Shown here in pieces: positions 41,321-55,215 of a stretch of 64,000 nt of DNA. Position 1 is the first letter of the stretch, and each line of letters starts with the position of its first letter. Location of the stretch: the NCBI GenBank assembly GCA_030141605.1, contig JAQGDQ010001072.1, positions 1 to 64,000 of the forward strand. The letters run 5' to 3'. Origin of the DNA: Tubiluchus corallicola (taxonomy: Eukaryota; Animalia; Priapulida). Below the pieces are notes generated by a model that had not been told where the DNA came from, did not search any database, and worked only from the letters and a program-made list of their open reading frames with translations. The translations under genes were made by a program, and so were the position numbers.

Positions 41321-41839
41321 GTGAGCATCTTTCATTGTCACGGTTTGCTGTAAGCGATGCTATGAGTCAGGTTTCGCATTTCGTACTACGCACAAAATGG
41401 CATACTAAAAACACATAAAGGACAAGAAAGGGGTTACCTGAAGAAGGTTTCAGAAAAATCACCTTAAAAATCATGTTTACAGCAATTTTATGTGTATATC
41501 GTACTCGCGTTAAAAGGATGTTTTGTTTGTCTTCATTTTAAATTTCCCACAATACTGTTCCGACGGCACCATCACCTGTCATCACTTGCGCAGATGTAAC
41601 GATGCTACAAATGCTACAAGCTACGAATGCTCTGATTATTTTGTCAAACCTTACTCAGTGTTATCTAAACTTGTTCCAAATGACTTATCCTCAAAATGGC
41701 TGTGTCGTAACAGTCATTGCAGAAGCTTAAATTTACATATTTTGTACAGCGTTGCTACCAATGCAAGCCTTGTGTTGCAGGAAGGCAGTATGTAAGTGGT
41801 ATAAAATTTCAAGTTGAATTTTTTAAGCTTTATCTAAGT

Positions 41840-43044
41840 CAGGGGTGTGCAAATTATCTTACTAACTGGGCCACATTAAACTTTCAGGCAATTCCTGTGG
41901 GCCACAGGCAGTTTGATCAAGGAGCCAAGTACAGAAAGGCCTAATAACGATTTTTTTGCATCCGAGCTGCGTACATCATTACTACTACATTCAAGAAACT
42001 ATTTTAGAAGTTATTAAAATTTATATTACAAACCATATATTTCTACTTTCTGGACAGATAGTGATAATTTCATTACAATGCATATTATTAATGTTATCTT
42101 TCAGGCTAGCTTGGGTGCAGTGAAGCCAGGTGTATTAATTCTAGAGTGACATTATTCATTTTGAATTACCTGTAGAGTTTGTTGACATGCTTGGTCGCTC
42201 TTGTATTGAGTGGTTTAGATAGCTTTAGAATAGAAAAAATCCTGTTTTAGTGATATAGTAGTTGTGAGTTCAGTAGGCCACTGTTGTAGAACCAGTATGT
42301 CTCTTTGTGATTTCTGAAGATTGGCTTGAAATTTGTTATACAGATCCTCAAACGTTTGTAAGTTTATTTATTTGCTTAATAGTTTCTGTTGGTGTTTATT
42401 TGATAATAATTCTTTTCATCTCTAGCCATTGCCTAATTATTGATTTTTGCAACTGTTTAAAGTGCATGCGTATGCGCGTGTTTTTGTGTAGGCGTGCATG
42501 TGTGTGCATGTGCATGCTGATTTGTGAATATGCTAGGAAGTTTGTTTGTTAACAAATTTTTGCGTTGGTTTTGTAATGCCATATGTAATGGTTTAATTTT
42601 GAATCATCTTCTGCTTCAGTGTGCTTGTTGTTAATTTGTTAACGCTTGTTTCTCATTTACTCGCACATTTACTGTTGCTTTATTTTTGTTGATATTCTTT
42701 TTTCTTGTTCTATTGCAGTTTCACTTTCTTTTTTACAATGAGTGGAAAATGAAAATAAAATCTGTAAAACAAATAGCCAGTTTTCTACAGTTTTAATGTG
42801 TATCACACAGTCTGTGTAGTACAGTGACATTAAGCTACAACCGTCTTGTAAAGGTTAATGGCATCCGATCTAGTAGAAAAAACTACCCGCACTATCTTTG
42901 GGATCGTGTCACGGACTTCAGCTGGATACACTCAATTAATCGCCCGGGCCGCACTTTCATTAGGTTGACAAATCTCTTCGCGGGCCGCACAGATTCTCTC
43001 GGCAGGCCGCAAGTGGCCCGCGGGCCGCAATTTGCACACCCCTG
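41840..43044. mobile_element. hAT (Charlie-like) non-autonomous element
   Basis: Perfect TIR CAGGGGTGTGCAAATT, 8-bp TSD ATCTAAGT and CGGGCCGCA subterminal motifs. An empty paralogous site lies at ~14417. Confidence 0.92.
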
Positions 43045-43644
43045 ATCTAAGTGGAGGGTTTTGTTCTGCTTTGGTCAAATATGGCGTACTTCATGAAGTT
43101 TCAGTTTTACACAAAAACAGAAGGAAAATGCGCTAACAAATATTTTTTTGTTGGGTTTCACGCTTTCTTTGTGGTTTATATCAAAGGAAATCTGATGTGA
43201 AGGCGTTGTTTCTAAAGGAAATCTGATGTGAAGGCGTTGTTTCTAAAGGAAATCTGATGTGAAGGCGTTGTTTCTAAAGGAAATCTGGAACTTTATTTTG
43301 TGCAATGTACTCTTTAGACGACGCCAGCATGATACAGACACTAGTTACGGCAGCATTTGCGTTTCTTGTCACGCGTCACATTTCGCTGCGTAGCATTGTT
43401 TACAAATCCAGCGGCACAGAAACGACGCAGAATCTAATGAAGCCATTTCTAGCTTCCAATGAAGCCATTTCTAGCATCCAACGAAGCCATTTCTAGCATG
43501 TTTGTTTGACCTCGATTTTCCAACGTTTCTTAAACAAAACCGAACATTCTCTGGGGTGAAAAATGCAAAATTTCATTAGGAATGAAGCCATGAAGTTTAT
43601 ATATATGTATATATAATTTAGTAACATGTGGTTTTTGTCTACAT

Positions 43645-43850
43645 AAAATTTATGATTATTGCTTCCAAAATTTTAAGTTAAAAATCTGGTCCCGCAGTTG
43701 TATATAATTTTGAAATTTGAATAATTGCTATCATCTGCACAAGACTGACTGATGTGTAGATAATTATGACGATACAAACTTCAAAATTATATACAAGCAT
43801 AGATCAGATTTTTGTCCTAAAATTTTGGAAGCAATATTCATAAATTTTAA
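43645..43850. repeat. fold-back element with ~75-bp imperfect arms
   Basis: TTGCTTCCAAAATTTTA..TTGTATATAATTTTGAA is mirrored by TTCAAAATTATATACAA..TAAAATTTTGGAAGCAA. Confidence 0.75.
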
Positions 43851-44029
43851 TGCAAAGGGTGCACAACTGGTCTTGTTGCAGCATAATTGGTGCTGCAAAA
43901 TATCACAGTACGACAAATACTTTGGAATATGGGTGTCTATATGTCTATAGACATATAGACGTATTGACTATACACATATAGTCTTGTATAGTGCTACCAA
44001 TCAGATGTCAGTGTAGTTTTAAAATATTA

Positions 44030-44789
<760 letters not shown>

Positions 44790-44799
44790 GTTACATTCA

Positions 44800-45275
44800 C
44801 AGGGTTCCCACAGTCAGTCAAAATTCTGGAAAATCTTTGAAAATACAGGCTATCCTGGAAAGTCATGGAAAAGTCAGGTAAAAAGTGAGGGAAAATGATG
44901 AAAATGGGGCAAAAAGTCACGGAAATTGGAAAGCGTTGCAAAAATAATCACCGTGAACCGATATTTTTCCAAACATATTTTTCAGAGATTCCTGTTCAAA
45001 TAAAATTTGCCTATGACAGGCTCCCAGTTTCAATTTCTGTTCCAAAAATAATGATTGGATTAAGAAAGTTTGTTTGACGTGATTAGTGTAATTTCGTTAG
45101 CACTACCACAACTGTGCCGACACATTATATATCAGCATATGTATGAATGTCCATACACAAAAATGTTTGAATATGTATACTGGTAATACAATTCCGATTT
45201 TCTCTGTCATGGAAAATCAATATTTGGTCAGGGAAAAGTCAGGGAAATTTATTTTTAAATTCTATGGGAACCCTG
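44800..45275. mobile_element. hAT-like MITE with probable 6-bp TSD
   Basis: TIR CAGGGTTCCCA(C/T)AG, flanks CATTCA and CATTCG, and GGAAAAGTCAGG subterminal motifs. Confidence 0.75.
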
Positions 45276-45373
45276 CATTCGTCTATATTGGTTACCTGCC
45301 AAAGTGGGTTTATGTGTATCATTGTTGAGTAAATGTTAAGTTTGTTAAATCTTACTACTAAACTTTTTTCCAG

Positions 45374-45500
45374 CAAGACAATTTCCTAATGAAGAAGCAG
45401 CGATCAAATTTTTGGACGATAGACGTATTTTACATTATTATCTTGGCGCAGTTATCTTCACAAACGACTTTCCCAAACAAGGATTTCCTTTAAACATCAG
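45374..45500 (+). CDS. ABCA3: ABCA3-like exon 3
   Basis: RQFPNEEAAIKFL...YLGAVIFTNDF..FPLNI; phase 1-2 with canonical splice sites. Confidence 0.88.
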
Positions 45501-45995
45501 GTAAAATCCTGGATAACTTCCTGTGTGGTTAGTCTTCTGTCAGTTTTTTTTATTTATAATACGTCTATCAAGAGAAGTCAAGAGTTGGCTGATTTTTTTC
45601 ACACATAACTAGGGGCATATCAAGACTTTACGATGCTCTGTGCTAATAGTTCGTCTCTATTGTGAATTTATGGTTGTTTATGTAATGAACAGATTAAACA
45701 ATTGCTTGTGGTGTATTAGAAACACTATTAACGTAGTTTCTACTTTGTCATTATTAATTACATGTACTTGCATAGCGCTCAATTAAAGCATGTGTTGTGT
45801 AATGCCTTGCACCTGTTCGCTATGTGGCACTGAGGCCAGGAACTGTCTGTTGTGTGCTGCAAAATGCACCCTTTACCGGAGTATGAAAGTATACACATTT
45901 TCCGAGGAGGATAAGAATTTTTTCTAAAATGTGATGCACCTCAAACTTTGGCGCCCTAGGCTATAGCCTAGTTAGCCTATTAGTTAAAGGAAAAC

Positions 45996-46740
45996 CGGGT
46001 GACAGGGGCATAGCCAGGTGTTAAAGTTAGGGGGAGCAAGTACATAAAAAGGCACCGTGCCAGGGGCATAGCCAGGTGTTAAAGTTAGGGGGAGCAGGCA
46101 CATAATCAAGACACCGTGACAGGGGCATAGCCAGGTGTTAAAGTTAGGGGGAGCAGGCACATAATCAATACACCGTGACAGGGGCATAGCCAGGTGTTAA
46201 AGTTAGGGGGAGCAAGTACATAATCAAGACACCGTGCCAGGGGCATAGCCAGGTGTTAAAGTTAGGGGAGCAAGTACATAAAAAGGCACCGTGCCAGGGG
46301 CATAGCCGGGTGTTAAAGTTAAGGGGAGCAGGCACATAATCAAGGCACCGTGCCAGGGGCATAGCCAGGTGTTAAAGTTAGGGGGAGCAAGTACATAAAA
46401 AGGCACCGTGCCAGGGGCATAGCCAGGTGTTAAAGTTAAGGGGAGCAGGCACATAATCAAGACACCGTGACAGGGGCATAGCCAGGTGTTAAAGTTAGGG
46501 GGAGCAAGTACATAATCAAGACACCGTGCCAGGGGCATAGCCAGGTGTTAAAGTTAGGGGAGCAAGTACATAAAAAGGCACCGTGCCAGGGGCATAGCCG
46601 GGTGTTAAAGTTAAGGGGAGCAGGCACATAATCAAGGCACCGTGCCAGGGGCATAGCCAGGTGTTAAAGTTAGGGGGAGCAGGCACATAAACAAGGCACC
46701 GTGACAGGGGCATAGCCAGGTGTTAATGTTAGGGGAGCAG
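45996..46740. repeat. 58-59-bp minisatellite (~12.5 copies) containing CAGGGGCATAGCCAGG
   Basis: Period of 59 visible (46053, 46112 and onward). Confidence 0.95.
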
Positions 46741-46919
46741 CTCTTTCGTCTGGGTTTTATTTTAGCAAAATAATTTCGAATTTTATAATTATCGACCTCA
46801 GTAGCCAATTCTCTTTCAATGTAGAGCAAAGCTAACCCAGACATCTATCCTCGCCCATTGTAGAAGGAAGGTAGGACTTTATCTGTTTCAGCCGACTAAG
46901 CCATCCAGCAATTGCACAA

Positions 46920-47312
46920 TAGGGCTGAGTATTCTCTACTAGAAACGAATTCGAATTGAAACGAATTTGTGACTTTCGAATTCGAATGAAACCGATTTTC
47001 AATATTTCGAATTCGAACTCTGTTAGAAAAAGTTTTCGAACCACCAGTAAAAATTAGTTTTACAAAGATCGTGCATATTGCTCGATTTTGTTCTGCAGTA
47101 AAATCACTAATAATTTATTTAAAAATTGTGCACAGAAATCACAGCTAAATTATGCCAATTGCGTGATGTTTCAAACCTTCTAATGATAAAGAACGTATGT
47201 GGTTGAAGTGCTGTATTATTCGAATTTATAATTTTAGGCTCAAATTGAATTCAAACTAAAAAAACTTGTTCGAATCGGACGTTCGAACTCGAAAGTTCGA
47301 TGCTCACCCCTA
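46920..47312 (-). mobile_element. hAT-type MITE, family A
   Basis: TIRs TAGGGCTGAG and CTCACCCCTA, TSD (T/C)TGCACAA, and an empty site at 524-531. Confidence 0.88.
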
Positions 47313-47471
47313 CTGCACAAGTGAACTAAAAAAACTGTTGAAAAGATGCCAATAGCCGGAGCGGTTGCTACATTAGCTATTATCTATATCACTGTGTGTG
47401 TTTCCTGCCTAAGTACTGAATCAATACCGCTTGCTTAATAGTTGTTCAATTAGCTGTCTTTTCTATTTCAG

Positions 47472-47638
47472 TTATAAAATAAGATTAAAATCCACGCCGC
47501 GTTTTAAGAACGACAACGAGTCAGTGGACATTAACATAATCTATACGTTGGAAAGCAAATGGTTCACCCACGTCCATGTGCCAATCATTGAGCGTCTGGG
47601 TCCAAGAAATCCAGGGCATCCCTGGGGCGGGAGTCCAG
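47472..47638 (+). CDS. ABCA3: ABCA3-like exon 4
   Basis: YKIRL...KWFT...LGPRNPGHPWGGSPG; phase 2-1. Confidence 0.9.
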
Positions 47639-47681
47639 GTAAGGTTGTCATGTTTTGACTCCACAACGGATTGACTTTATA

Positions 47682-48338
47682 TGTGTGCTTGCCTACCAAA
47701 ACCGTCCGTAAGTCGGCATAGTTAAAACTACGTTATGATGCTTCAAAGTACACTGCACCAAAAATTCGGTCAAATGTCAAATTTTTGTTTTTTATAAAAA
47801 CAAACGTGAAAAATATTGGGCTTTTATATTCTAGCATCAAATTATCAAGAAAATGTTCAAAAACACAAAAAATTTAAGTTTTTAACTCCTTACCCAGTTT
47901 TCTGTCTAGAAAGTAGTACTGCAATTGTAAAAAACTCCTATTTTCAAACTCTGATTGTAGCTCGTGGAATCTATCAATTTGCTTTGGGTTTTTTCTATTG
48001 CCAAGCCCAGATCTTTGTCAGGAAGAGCCATCTATTGGATTTAAACATCAATGTGTTCTTGCAAAGTCCATAGCAAGCAACGGTTGTGTGGTTGCTAAGT
48101 GTTTTGTAGAGACACGAGAAAAAACAACTGCTAACTTTGACGGTGATTTTCTCAAGGTTATGTTTTTCAGTGCACAACCTGCACTGCAATTTCAACGTGT
48201 ATTATCTCAGCTTAGGAATAACATAGGGAGAGATAACATAGTATCAAAATGATCCTCATGAAATGGAGATTCATGATATCTGAATAACTAGAAAAGCTTA
48301 ATTGCCAACTTATGGACGATTTTGCTCTGCAAGCAGAC
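47682..48338 (+). mobile_element. MITE family M copy filling most of ABCA intron 4
   Basis: Similar to 26785-27420, with both TIRs. Confidence 0.75.
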
Positions 48339-48363
48339 CAAATAATATTTGTATTTTACACAG

Positions 48364-48469
48364 GCTACGCGAGAGAAGGATTTCTGACGCTTCAGCACAT
48401 TGTTAATGAAGCCATCATCAAGTATCTGTCTGGACACCCTATGAACGAATCTACTCTTCTTATGAGAAG
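48364..48469 (+). CDS. ABCA3: ABCA3-like exon 5
   Basis: GYAREGFLTLQHIVNEAII; phase 1-2. Confidence 0.92.
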
Positions 48470-48804
48470 GTAAAAGGGGAAATAATAATATAATAGTATG
48501 TAATATAATGATTGCTAAAAATCTGTTTGTGTAATTAGTGTCGGAATTTTAATACGGAAGCGTAGAGAATCAACATACATTGATTCTGCTGGAATGTGGG
48601 CTTTGTTTACTCTCATGTCTCGGTTTGCCGGACCTCGGTGTTACAGATATCTGAAGAATCGGACAAAATCTGTACCGTTAAAAGTCCCGCACACTACTGA
48701 CTCAGTGCGTTGTTTCCTGAGCTGACCGCTAGTTGGCTCGTCGTTTACATCATTAGATCAGTGTAACCACAGGTGTATCTCTATGTATAAAAATATAGAG
48801 TCAA

Positions 48805-49095
48805 TAGCTTCACCATTTTTATATGGTTTCAGTGGATCACCATTTTTTATATGGTTTCAATGGCTTCACCATTTTTATATGGTTTCAATGGCTCACCATT
48901 TTTATATGGCTCACTGGCTTCACCATTTTTATATGGCTTCACTGGCTTCACCATTTTTATATGGCTTCACTAGCTTCACCATTTTATATGGCTTCACTGG
49001 CTTCACCATTTTTATATGGCTTCAATTGCGTCACCATTTTTTATATGGCTTCAATGGCTTCACCATTTTTATATGGCTTCACTGGCTTCACCTTT
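48805..49095. repeat. 28-29-bp minisatellite, ~10 copies
   Basis: Unit GGCTTCACCATTTTTATATGGCTTCACT. Confidence 0.9.
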
Positions 49096-50085
49096 TCTAG
49101 CTTGTTTTCTTATGAATCGGGTTCACTGAGAGGCTTGGAAAGCAAGAAACTCCTGTTTTAAGAATTTTGCCATTTTTTGCTCAACCCCCTTATGTATTCC
49201 TTGGTTTGGAGAAACTGGAACTTGCGGAAGGGGAACAGTTGACCAAGAAATGGCTAGATAGTCTTGTGACAGTGGGTGCTGCAGATCAGTTTAAATTTCA
49301 TGGGAGGCTTATAGCTGCAATATTTTATAAAATTTTACCAGAACACTTTCAGCAAAGTTAACCCTTTCACTATGTAGTTGCTTTTTAACTGGGCCACACT
49401 GACTTTTGCACATTTGACAATAACTTGTGGTGTGTTACTAAAACAGAATCATGTAAATGAACAAGTAGTTGTTCATTATTAAGGACAAACATTAAATATT
49501 AGTTTCATTTCTACACATGCACTCACGCACACATGCACACACACACAAACGCGCGTGCACCCTCATAAATAAGCATGCACTTATATTTAAAAACCAGTTT
49601 TCCAAACTAATCCAAAATATGCATCCTAATCATTTTATAAGAATGCTGAACAATCAACTAAACATACGTTTCATCAACGATCTACAAGCGATTTTGCGTG
49701 GGAACATACTATACAGTACAGTATTGTGGAATGCACCTGGCTTCAGATGCTGATTGGCTGGCTAGCATTACTTGTTGCTAAGCAACCCCAATTTCACGGC
49801 TGTTGAACTTTTCTAAAATGTTTTTGCATGGCAGTAGTTGTGAAATATACCAACCTGGGTGACTGCGCTTAGTTCTGAGTTTGGACGGCAATCTACTGCC
49901 TTCCATTCCTTACAAGGAAAACATAGGTGGCGGTGTGTCACCTTCTGTAGTGAAAGGGTTAATGTATCACTTTTATAACGACCATTCCACCAGGGCAAAT
50001 GGCGATGGTGTGGTTCTGGGTTCCGTTCTGGCAGCTTGCAAAAATGTCCATAGATAAGCGAGTAAATTCTGAATTTTCCTTCCAG

Positions 50086-50227
50086 GTTTCCGTTTCCGCC
50101 GTACAGCGACGACACCTTTGTGCAGGTGATAAAACTACAACTGCCCTTCTTTTTTATGCTCAGCTTCATGTTTTCTGTATTAAATTTCACGAGGAACATC
50201 GTCAAGGAAAAAGAGTTAAAGTTAAAG
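50086..50227 (+). CDS. ABCA3: ABCA3-like exon 6 (TM2)
   Basis: RFPFPPYSDDTF...LPFFFMLSF...IVKEKELKLK; phase 2-0. Confidence 0.93.
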
Positions 50228-50511
50228 GTATTGCTCTTCGTTTGTCGTTTATCTAATGCAATTAAATGTTCTAGTTCTTTTTCAAGTCTTAACCCTTAAA
50301 AGTCATCTGATGGCATTTGCCATCCTCACTATTTTATTTCAAAAGCAAAATAAACAAGTAAACATGTAAATACTGACCTAAATAAACAAATGCCAAAATA
50401 GACCTGTGTCTAGGAAAGCCAGTAATGTGTGTGATCAAGTGTTGGAAATAATGGCTTTGATTGGGAACCTATAAGGAATGACCTTTGGACTGCCTTGACC
50501 ACTAAGGAATA

Positions 50512-51725
50512 TGTGTGCTTGCATAGCAAAATCATCCACAAGTCGGTAATTAAGCTTTTCTAGTTATTCACAAATCCTGAATCTCCATTTCATGAGGATC
50601 ATTTTGATACCAAGTTCATCACTCTATGTTATTTCTAAGCTGAGATAATCCAAGTTAAAGTTGAGGTGCAGGCTGTGCACTGAAAAACATAGCATTGAGA
50701 AAATTGCTGTTAAAGTCAGCCATTATTTTTTGTCGCATTTCTACTAAGCAACCATACAAGCTTTGCCTGCTACAGACTTAGCAAGAGCACATTGTAGTTA
50801 TGTTTAAATCCAATAGGTGGCTCTTACTGACAAAGGTCTGGGCTTGGCAACAAAAAAAACCCGAAGGAAAATGAGAGCTTCCATGAGCTACTATTGTAGT
50901 TTGAAAATACAAGTTTTTCCCAATTTTAGTACTAGTTTCTAGCAAGAAAAGTGGGTACAGGGTTATAAAATTAGATTTTTCTTCCTCAAAGTCTCATTTC
51001 AGCTATTGTAGGGATTATGGCATCAATGTTTATTAGAACATTCCATCCACTCCTATCTGCAACTAACAGCGTAAGTTCTTCTACTCCTAAAGATAGATTT
51101 GGTTGAATTTGTCGAACATCTTTATTTATCTTAGCTATCCAAGTTGTTTTAGGTTTGCCAGGTGGTTTTTTGCAACGTTTTAAGACTTCCTTTAAGACGA
51201 TTTTTACTGATACTTCATTTGGTAATCTTAGAAGATGTCCCACCATCTTAATCTTCAGATCTTGACTTTTGAACTCCAATAAATTTCTTTCATTCTGATA
51301 TATAAATCTTCATTTTTGATTACGTGTGGCCATCTTACTTTAAAACTTTCTTAAGAAGACTTCTATGAAATATGTCAAACTGCTTTTCTTGAGTAATCAT
51401 TAAACCCCAAATTTCACTGTTGTACATAAATATGCCGGTAACACAAGCATTAAATAATCAAACTCTTATGTTAAGACTTAATTTCTTGTTAGGTAATACG
51501 TTCTTGTGTTGAAGAAAGCAATCATTTTAGATTTTTAGTATTTTTTAAACATTTTCTTTACAATTTGGTGCTAGAATATTAAAGTCCAATATATTTAGCG
51601 TTTGTTTTTATAAAAAAACAAAAAATTGATATTTGACAAAATTTTTGGTGTATTCTTCTTTAACTCATCATAATGTAGTCTTTACTATGCCTGCTTATGG
51701 GCAGTTTTGGTTTGCAAACACACAT
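50512..51725 (-). mobile_element. MITE family M copy split by an RTE LINE fragment
   Basis: Reverse copy of 26785-27420 with both TIRs. Confidence 0.75.
50981..51526 (-). mobile_element. 5'-truncated RTE-clade LINE
   Basis: GHLLRLP...KKPPGKPKTTW...ADRSGW is the RTE RT C-terminus. A 10-bp TSD TTAGATTTTT sits at 50971-50980 and 51527-51536. Confidence 0.8.
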
Positions 51726-52024
51726 ATTTAGATGACTTGGGTAAGTCGTCGAATCACATGACAAAGGTTTGTCTAATCGCCAAACAAGCAAGTAAGGCGA
51801 AAAGAGTTCCCATGTTGCAAGAATGCAAGTACACAGTGCTGTGTAATTCTTTAACAAATTGCCATAAAAAGTGATTTCTCATTTAATGTAGAAAAGTGTA
51901 GTTGATTCCATATTCCGCATAATGCATACTGGATTTTTTATCTTTTTCAAACAGGTACCATATTATTTCTTTCAATGCTGCAGTGAATTAGTCGAAAGTT
52001 CAAAGCTAAGAGCTGTTTATTTTT

Positions 52025-53120
52025 TGTTTTTAATATGCAACCACTTTTTGCACATTCAAATTTTTGTCTACAATTTTGACTACTGTTTTTAATATGCAAC
52101 CACTTTTTGCACATTCGAATTTTGTCTGCAATGTTGACTATTGTTTTTAATATGCAACCACTTTTTGCACATTCGAATTTTGTCTACAATGTTGACTATT
52201 GTTTTTAATATGCAACCACTTTTTGCACATTCAAATTTTTTCTTCAATTTTGACTATTGTTTTTAATATTGCAACCACTTTTTGCACATTCAAATTTTTT
52301 CTTCAATTTTGACTATTGTTTTTAATGTGCAACCACTTTTTGCACATTCAAATTTTTGTCTACAATTTTGACTATTGTTTTTAATATGCAACCACTTTTT
52401 GCACATTCAAATTTTTGTCTACAATTTTAACTATTGTTTTTAATGTGCAACCACTTTTTGCAAATTCAAATTTTTGTCTACAATTTTGACTATTGTTTTT
52501 AATATGCAACCACTTTTTGCACATTCAAATTTTTGTCTACAATTTTAACTATTGTTTTTAATGTGCAACCACTTTTTGCAAATTCAAATTTTTGTCTACA
52601 ATTTTGACTATTGTTTTTAATATGCAACCACTTTTTGCACATTCAAATTTTTGTCTACAATTTTAACTATTGTTTTTAATGTGCAACCACTTTTTGCAAA
52701 TTCAAATTTTTGTCTACAATTTTGACTATTGTTTTTAATATGCAACCACTTTTTGCACATTCAAATTTTTGTCTACAATTTTGACTATTGTTTTTAATGT
52801 GCAACCACTTTTTGCACATTCAAATTTTTTCTTCAATTTTGACTATTGTTTTTAATATTGCAACCACTTTTTGCACATTCAAATTTTTTCTTCAATTTTG
52901 ACTATTGTTTTTAATGTGCAACCACTTTTTGCACATTCAAATTTTTGTCTACAATTTTGACTATTGTTTTTAATATGCAACCACTTTTTGCACATTCAAA
53001 TTTTTGTCTACAATTTTAACTATTGTTTTTAATATGCAACCACTTTTTGCAAATTCAAATTTTTGTCTACAATTTTGACTATTGTTTTTAATATGCAACC
53101 ACTTTTTCCACATTCAAATT
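52025..53120. repeat. 59-bp minisatellite, ~18 copies, abutting a Kolobok-like terminus (53120-53155)
   Basis: Unit TTGTTTTTAATATGCAACCACTTTTTGCACATTCAAATTTTTGTCTACAATTTTGACTA. Confidence 0.95.
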
Positions 53121-53449
53121 GAAAATGGGGTAGTATATGAAAAATCTTCCTTTAAAAACTGGACATCTTTTCACAGTCACTAGAGAAATTCATGTTTTTA
53201 ATGTGTTAACCAGAAAGTAATGGAAGAAGATGCTAAAAATTGTGAACTTTGGGGAATTGAACACTAGACCTTGCGATTAGAAATAGCATGCTAACATGCC
53301 TGAACCACAAACTGATGTGAAACAGTACACCTAAATTTTTATCTTTGTAAGAAATATTCAGTCAGCATCACCTATATTCTTTCAACAGAAATACAAAGAT
53401 AACTAATTAAGTGGATTTTTTTCAAGTTTTTCTGTTTGTGTTTCATCAG

Positions 53450-53687
53450 GAATCAATGAAGATAATGGGTCTGGATAATTGGCTTCATTGGACGGCTTGG
53501 TTTGTCAAATGTCTGACCTTGCTTACGGTGACCGTGTTGTTGATGACGCTATTCTTCAAAATTCCCGTCGCCAGTTCCGGCAGCATTCTTCCCCGAAGCA
53601 ATCCCGTCGTCATATTCACCTTCCTGTTTGTCTACGCCATTAGCACGATATCGTTCTCCTTCATGGTCAGCGTCTTTTTTTCCAAAG
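53450..53687 (+). CDS. ABCA3: ABCA3-like exon 7 (TM3-TM4)
   Basis: ESMKIMGLDNWLHWTAWFVK...FSFMVSVFFSK; phase 0-1. Confidence 0.95.
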
Positions 53688-53926
53688 GTATTCTTGCAGT
53701 TCTCGTTTATGCAGTTCTGTCTCAGTAATCGCAAATTTGTACAGTAAGTCTTCGCTTAATGACACTAATGCGTTCCAGCCAAACTCGACGTTAAGCGAAA
53801 CGTCGTTAAACGAAACCGAAACTTTCACAGAAAGTAATGTAAAAGAATTGAAAAACATTCTAGAGGCAAAAAATCAATGCTGGGTAAATCTTATAAATTA
53901 AACGTTTTGTTATATAGACTGACCGA

Positions 53927-54438
53927 TAGGGTTGAGAATCGAACTGAATCTGTATTCAGTTCAATTCTCAGTATTCATTATTTCTTAATATTCATTTGTA
54001 TTCAGTATTTTGAATACGAGTTGAACTGAATTTCAGTATTTCGAATTTGAACCAAACCAAATTTGTGACTATCGAATTCGTATCGAACCAAATTTTCGTA
54101 TTTCGACTTCGAATTAAGTTGATTTTCAAACAAGTTTTCGAACCGCCAGTAAAAAGTGATCTTACAAAGGTCATGCATATTGCTTTATTTTGCTCTGGAG
54201 TAAAACCACTGATAATTTGTTTAAAATTTGTGCACAACGATCGTAGCTAAACTGTACTAAATGCACGATATTTCAAACATTTTAATGATAAAAAGACGTA
54301 TGTGGTTGAAGTGGGTAAATTTTTCGAATTTATAATTTTAGGTTCGAATTGAATTCAAACTAAAAAAACTCGTTCGAATCGAATTCAAACTAAAAAAACT
54401 CGTTCGAATCGAATTCGAATGATCGATGCTCACCGCTA
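53927..54438 (-). mobile_element. hAT-type MITE, family A (older copy)
   Basis: TAGGGTTGAG...CTCACCGCTA with a degenerate TSD CTGACCGA/CTGCCTGA. Confidence 0.75.
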
Positions 54439-54804
54439 CTGCCTGAACCTTTGTGGAAAGTTTATACCTGAATTTATAGAGAGCTTGAAATAGACACTTT
54501 TAGACTGAATTATATGACTGGTTCACTTTGATGGTTAAAGCAAGAAGAGAATAGAAAACTGCATTGAACTGTGAAAGATTTTGTTTACTATTTACGTGAA
54601 GGGAAGACACACATGGTGGCAACTCAGCAACAATAATAAGAAGAATCAAGCAAAGGCTGACCTTGGCAGAGCTACCCAAGTCACATGCCCCTACTGAGCT
54701 TACCTGATTGGCCAGTAAAACTCACTAGCAGTCTATACAACCATATATGGGAAGCCCAGCAACACAGACCAAGGCCACAATCTAGATTAACCTTCAGGTT
54801 ACAG

Positions 54805-54965
54805 TAATAAACAATTTTAAGTGTAGGTGGCAGCACATGTTAGAATAATAAACAATTTTAAGTTTAGGTGGCAGCACATGTTAGAATAATGAGCAATTTT
54901 AAGTGTAGGTGGCGGCACATGTTACAATAATAAACAATTTTAAGTGTAGGTGGCAGCACATGTTT
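54805..54965. repeat. ~41-bp tandem repeat, 4 copies
   Basis: AATAATAAACAATTTTAAGTGTAGGTGGCAGCACATGTTAG; a single inverted copy lies at ~38435-38475. Confidence 0.85.
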
Positions 54966-55215
54966 CATGTAATTATTGGTATAAGTACTTTCAATTACAA
55001 ATCGCAAATAAAAATGAGTGACACATCTAATTCACTCCAAAAAACTTATCCTTTGCTCTCATTATTTTAAAAAGTTGGATCATTTTGCACTAGGGTCTAA
55101 GATTGGGCCCCATTTTTCTTTATTCTTGCTTGCAAGGCTTGCACTCACCGTAGAGCTGTTTCTTTTTCTGTAATTTCACTAATTTGTCTCGCTTGAGAAT
55201 TGTTGTCTCTTGCAG

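Noticed and set aside
51944-51990. Acceptor-like TTTTCAAACAG|GTACCATAT as the ABCA TM2 exon
   Set aside because: The frame closes quickly, and the true exon is at 50086-50227.
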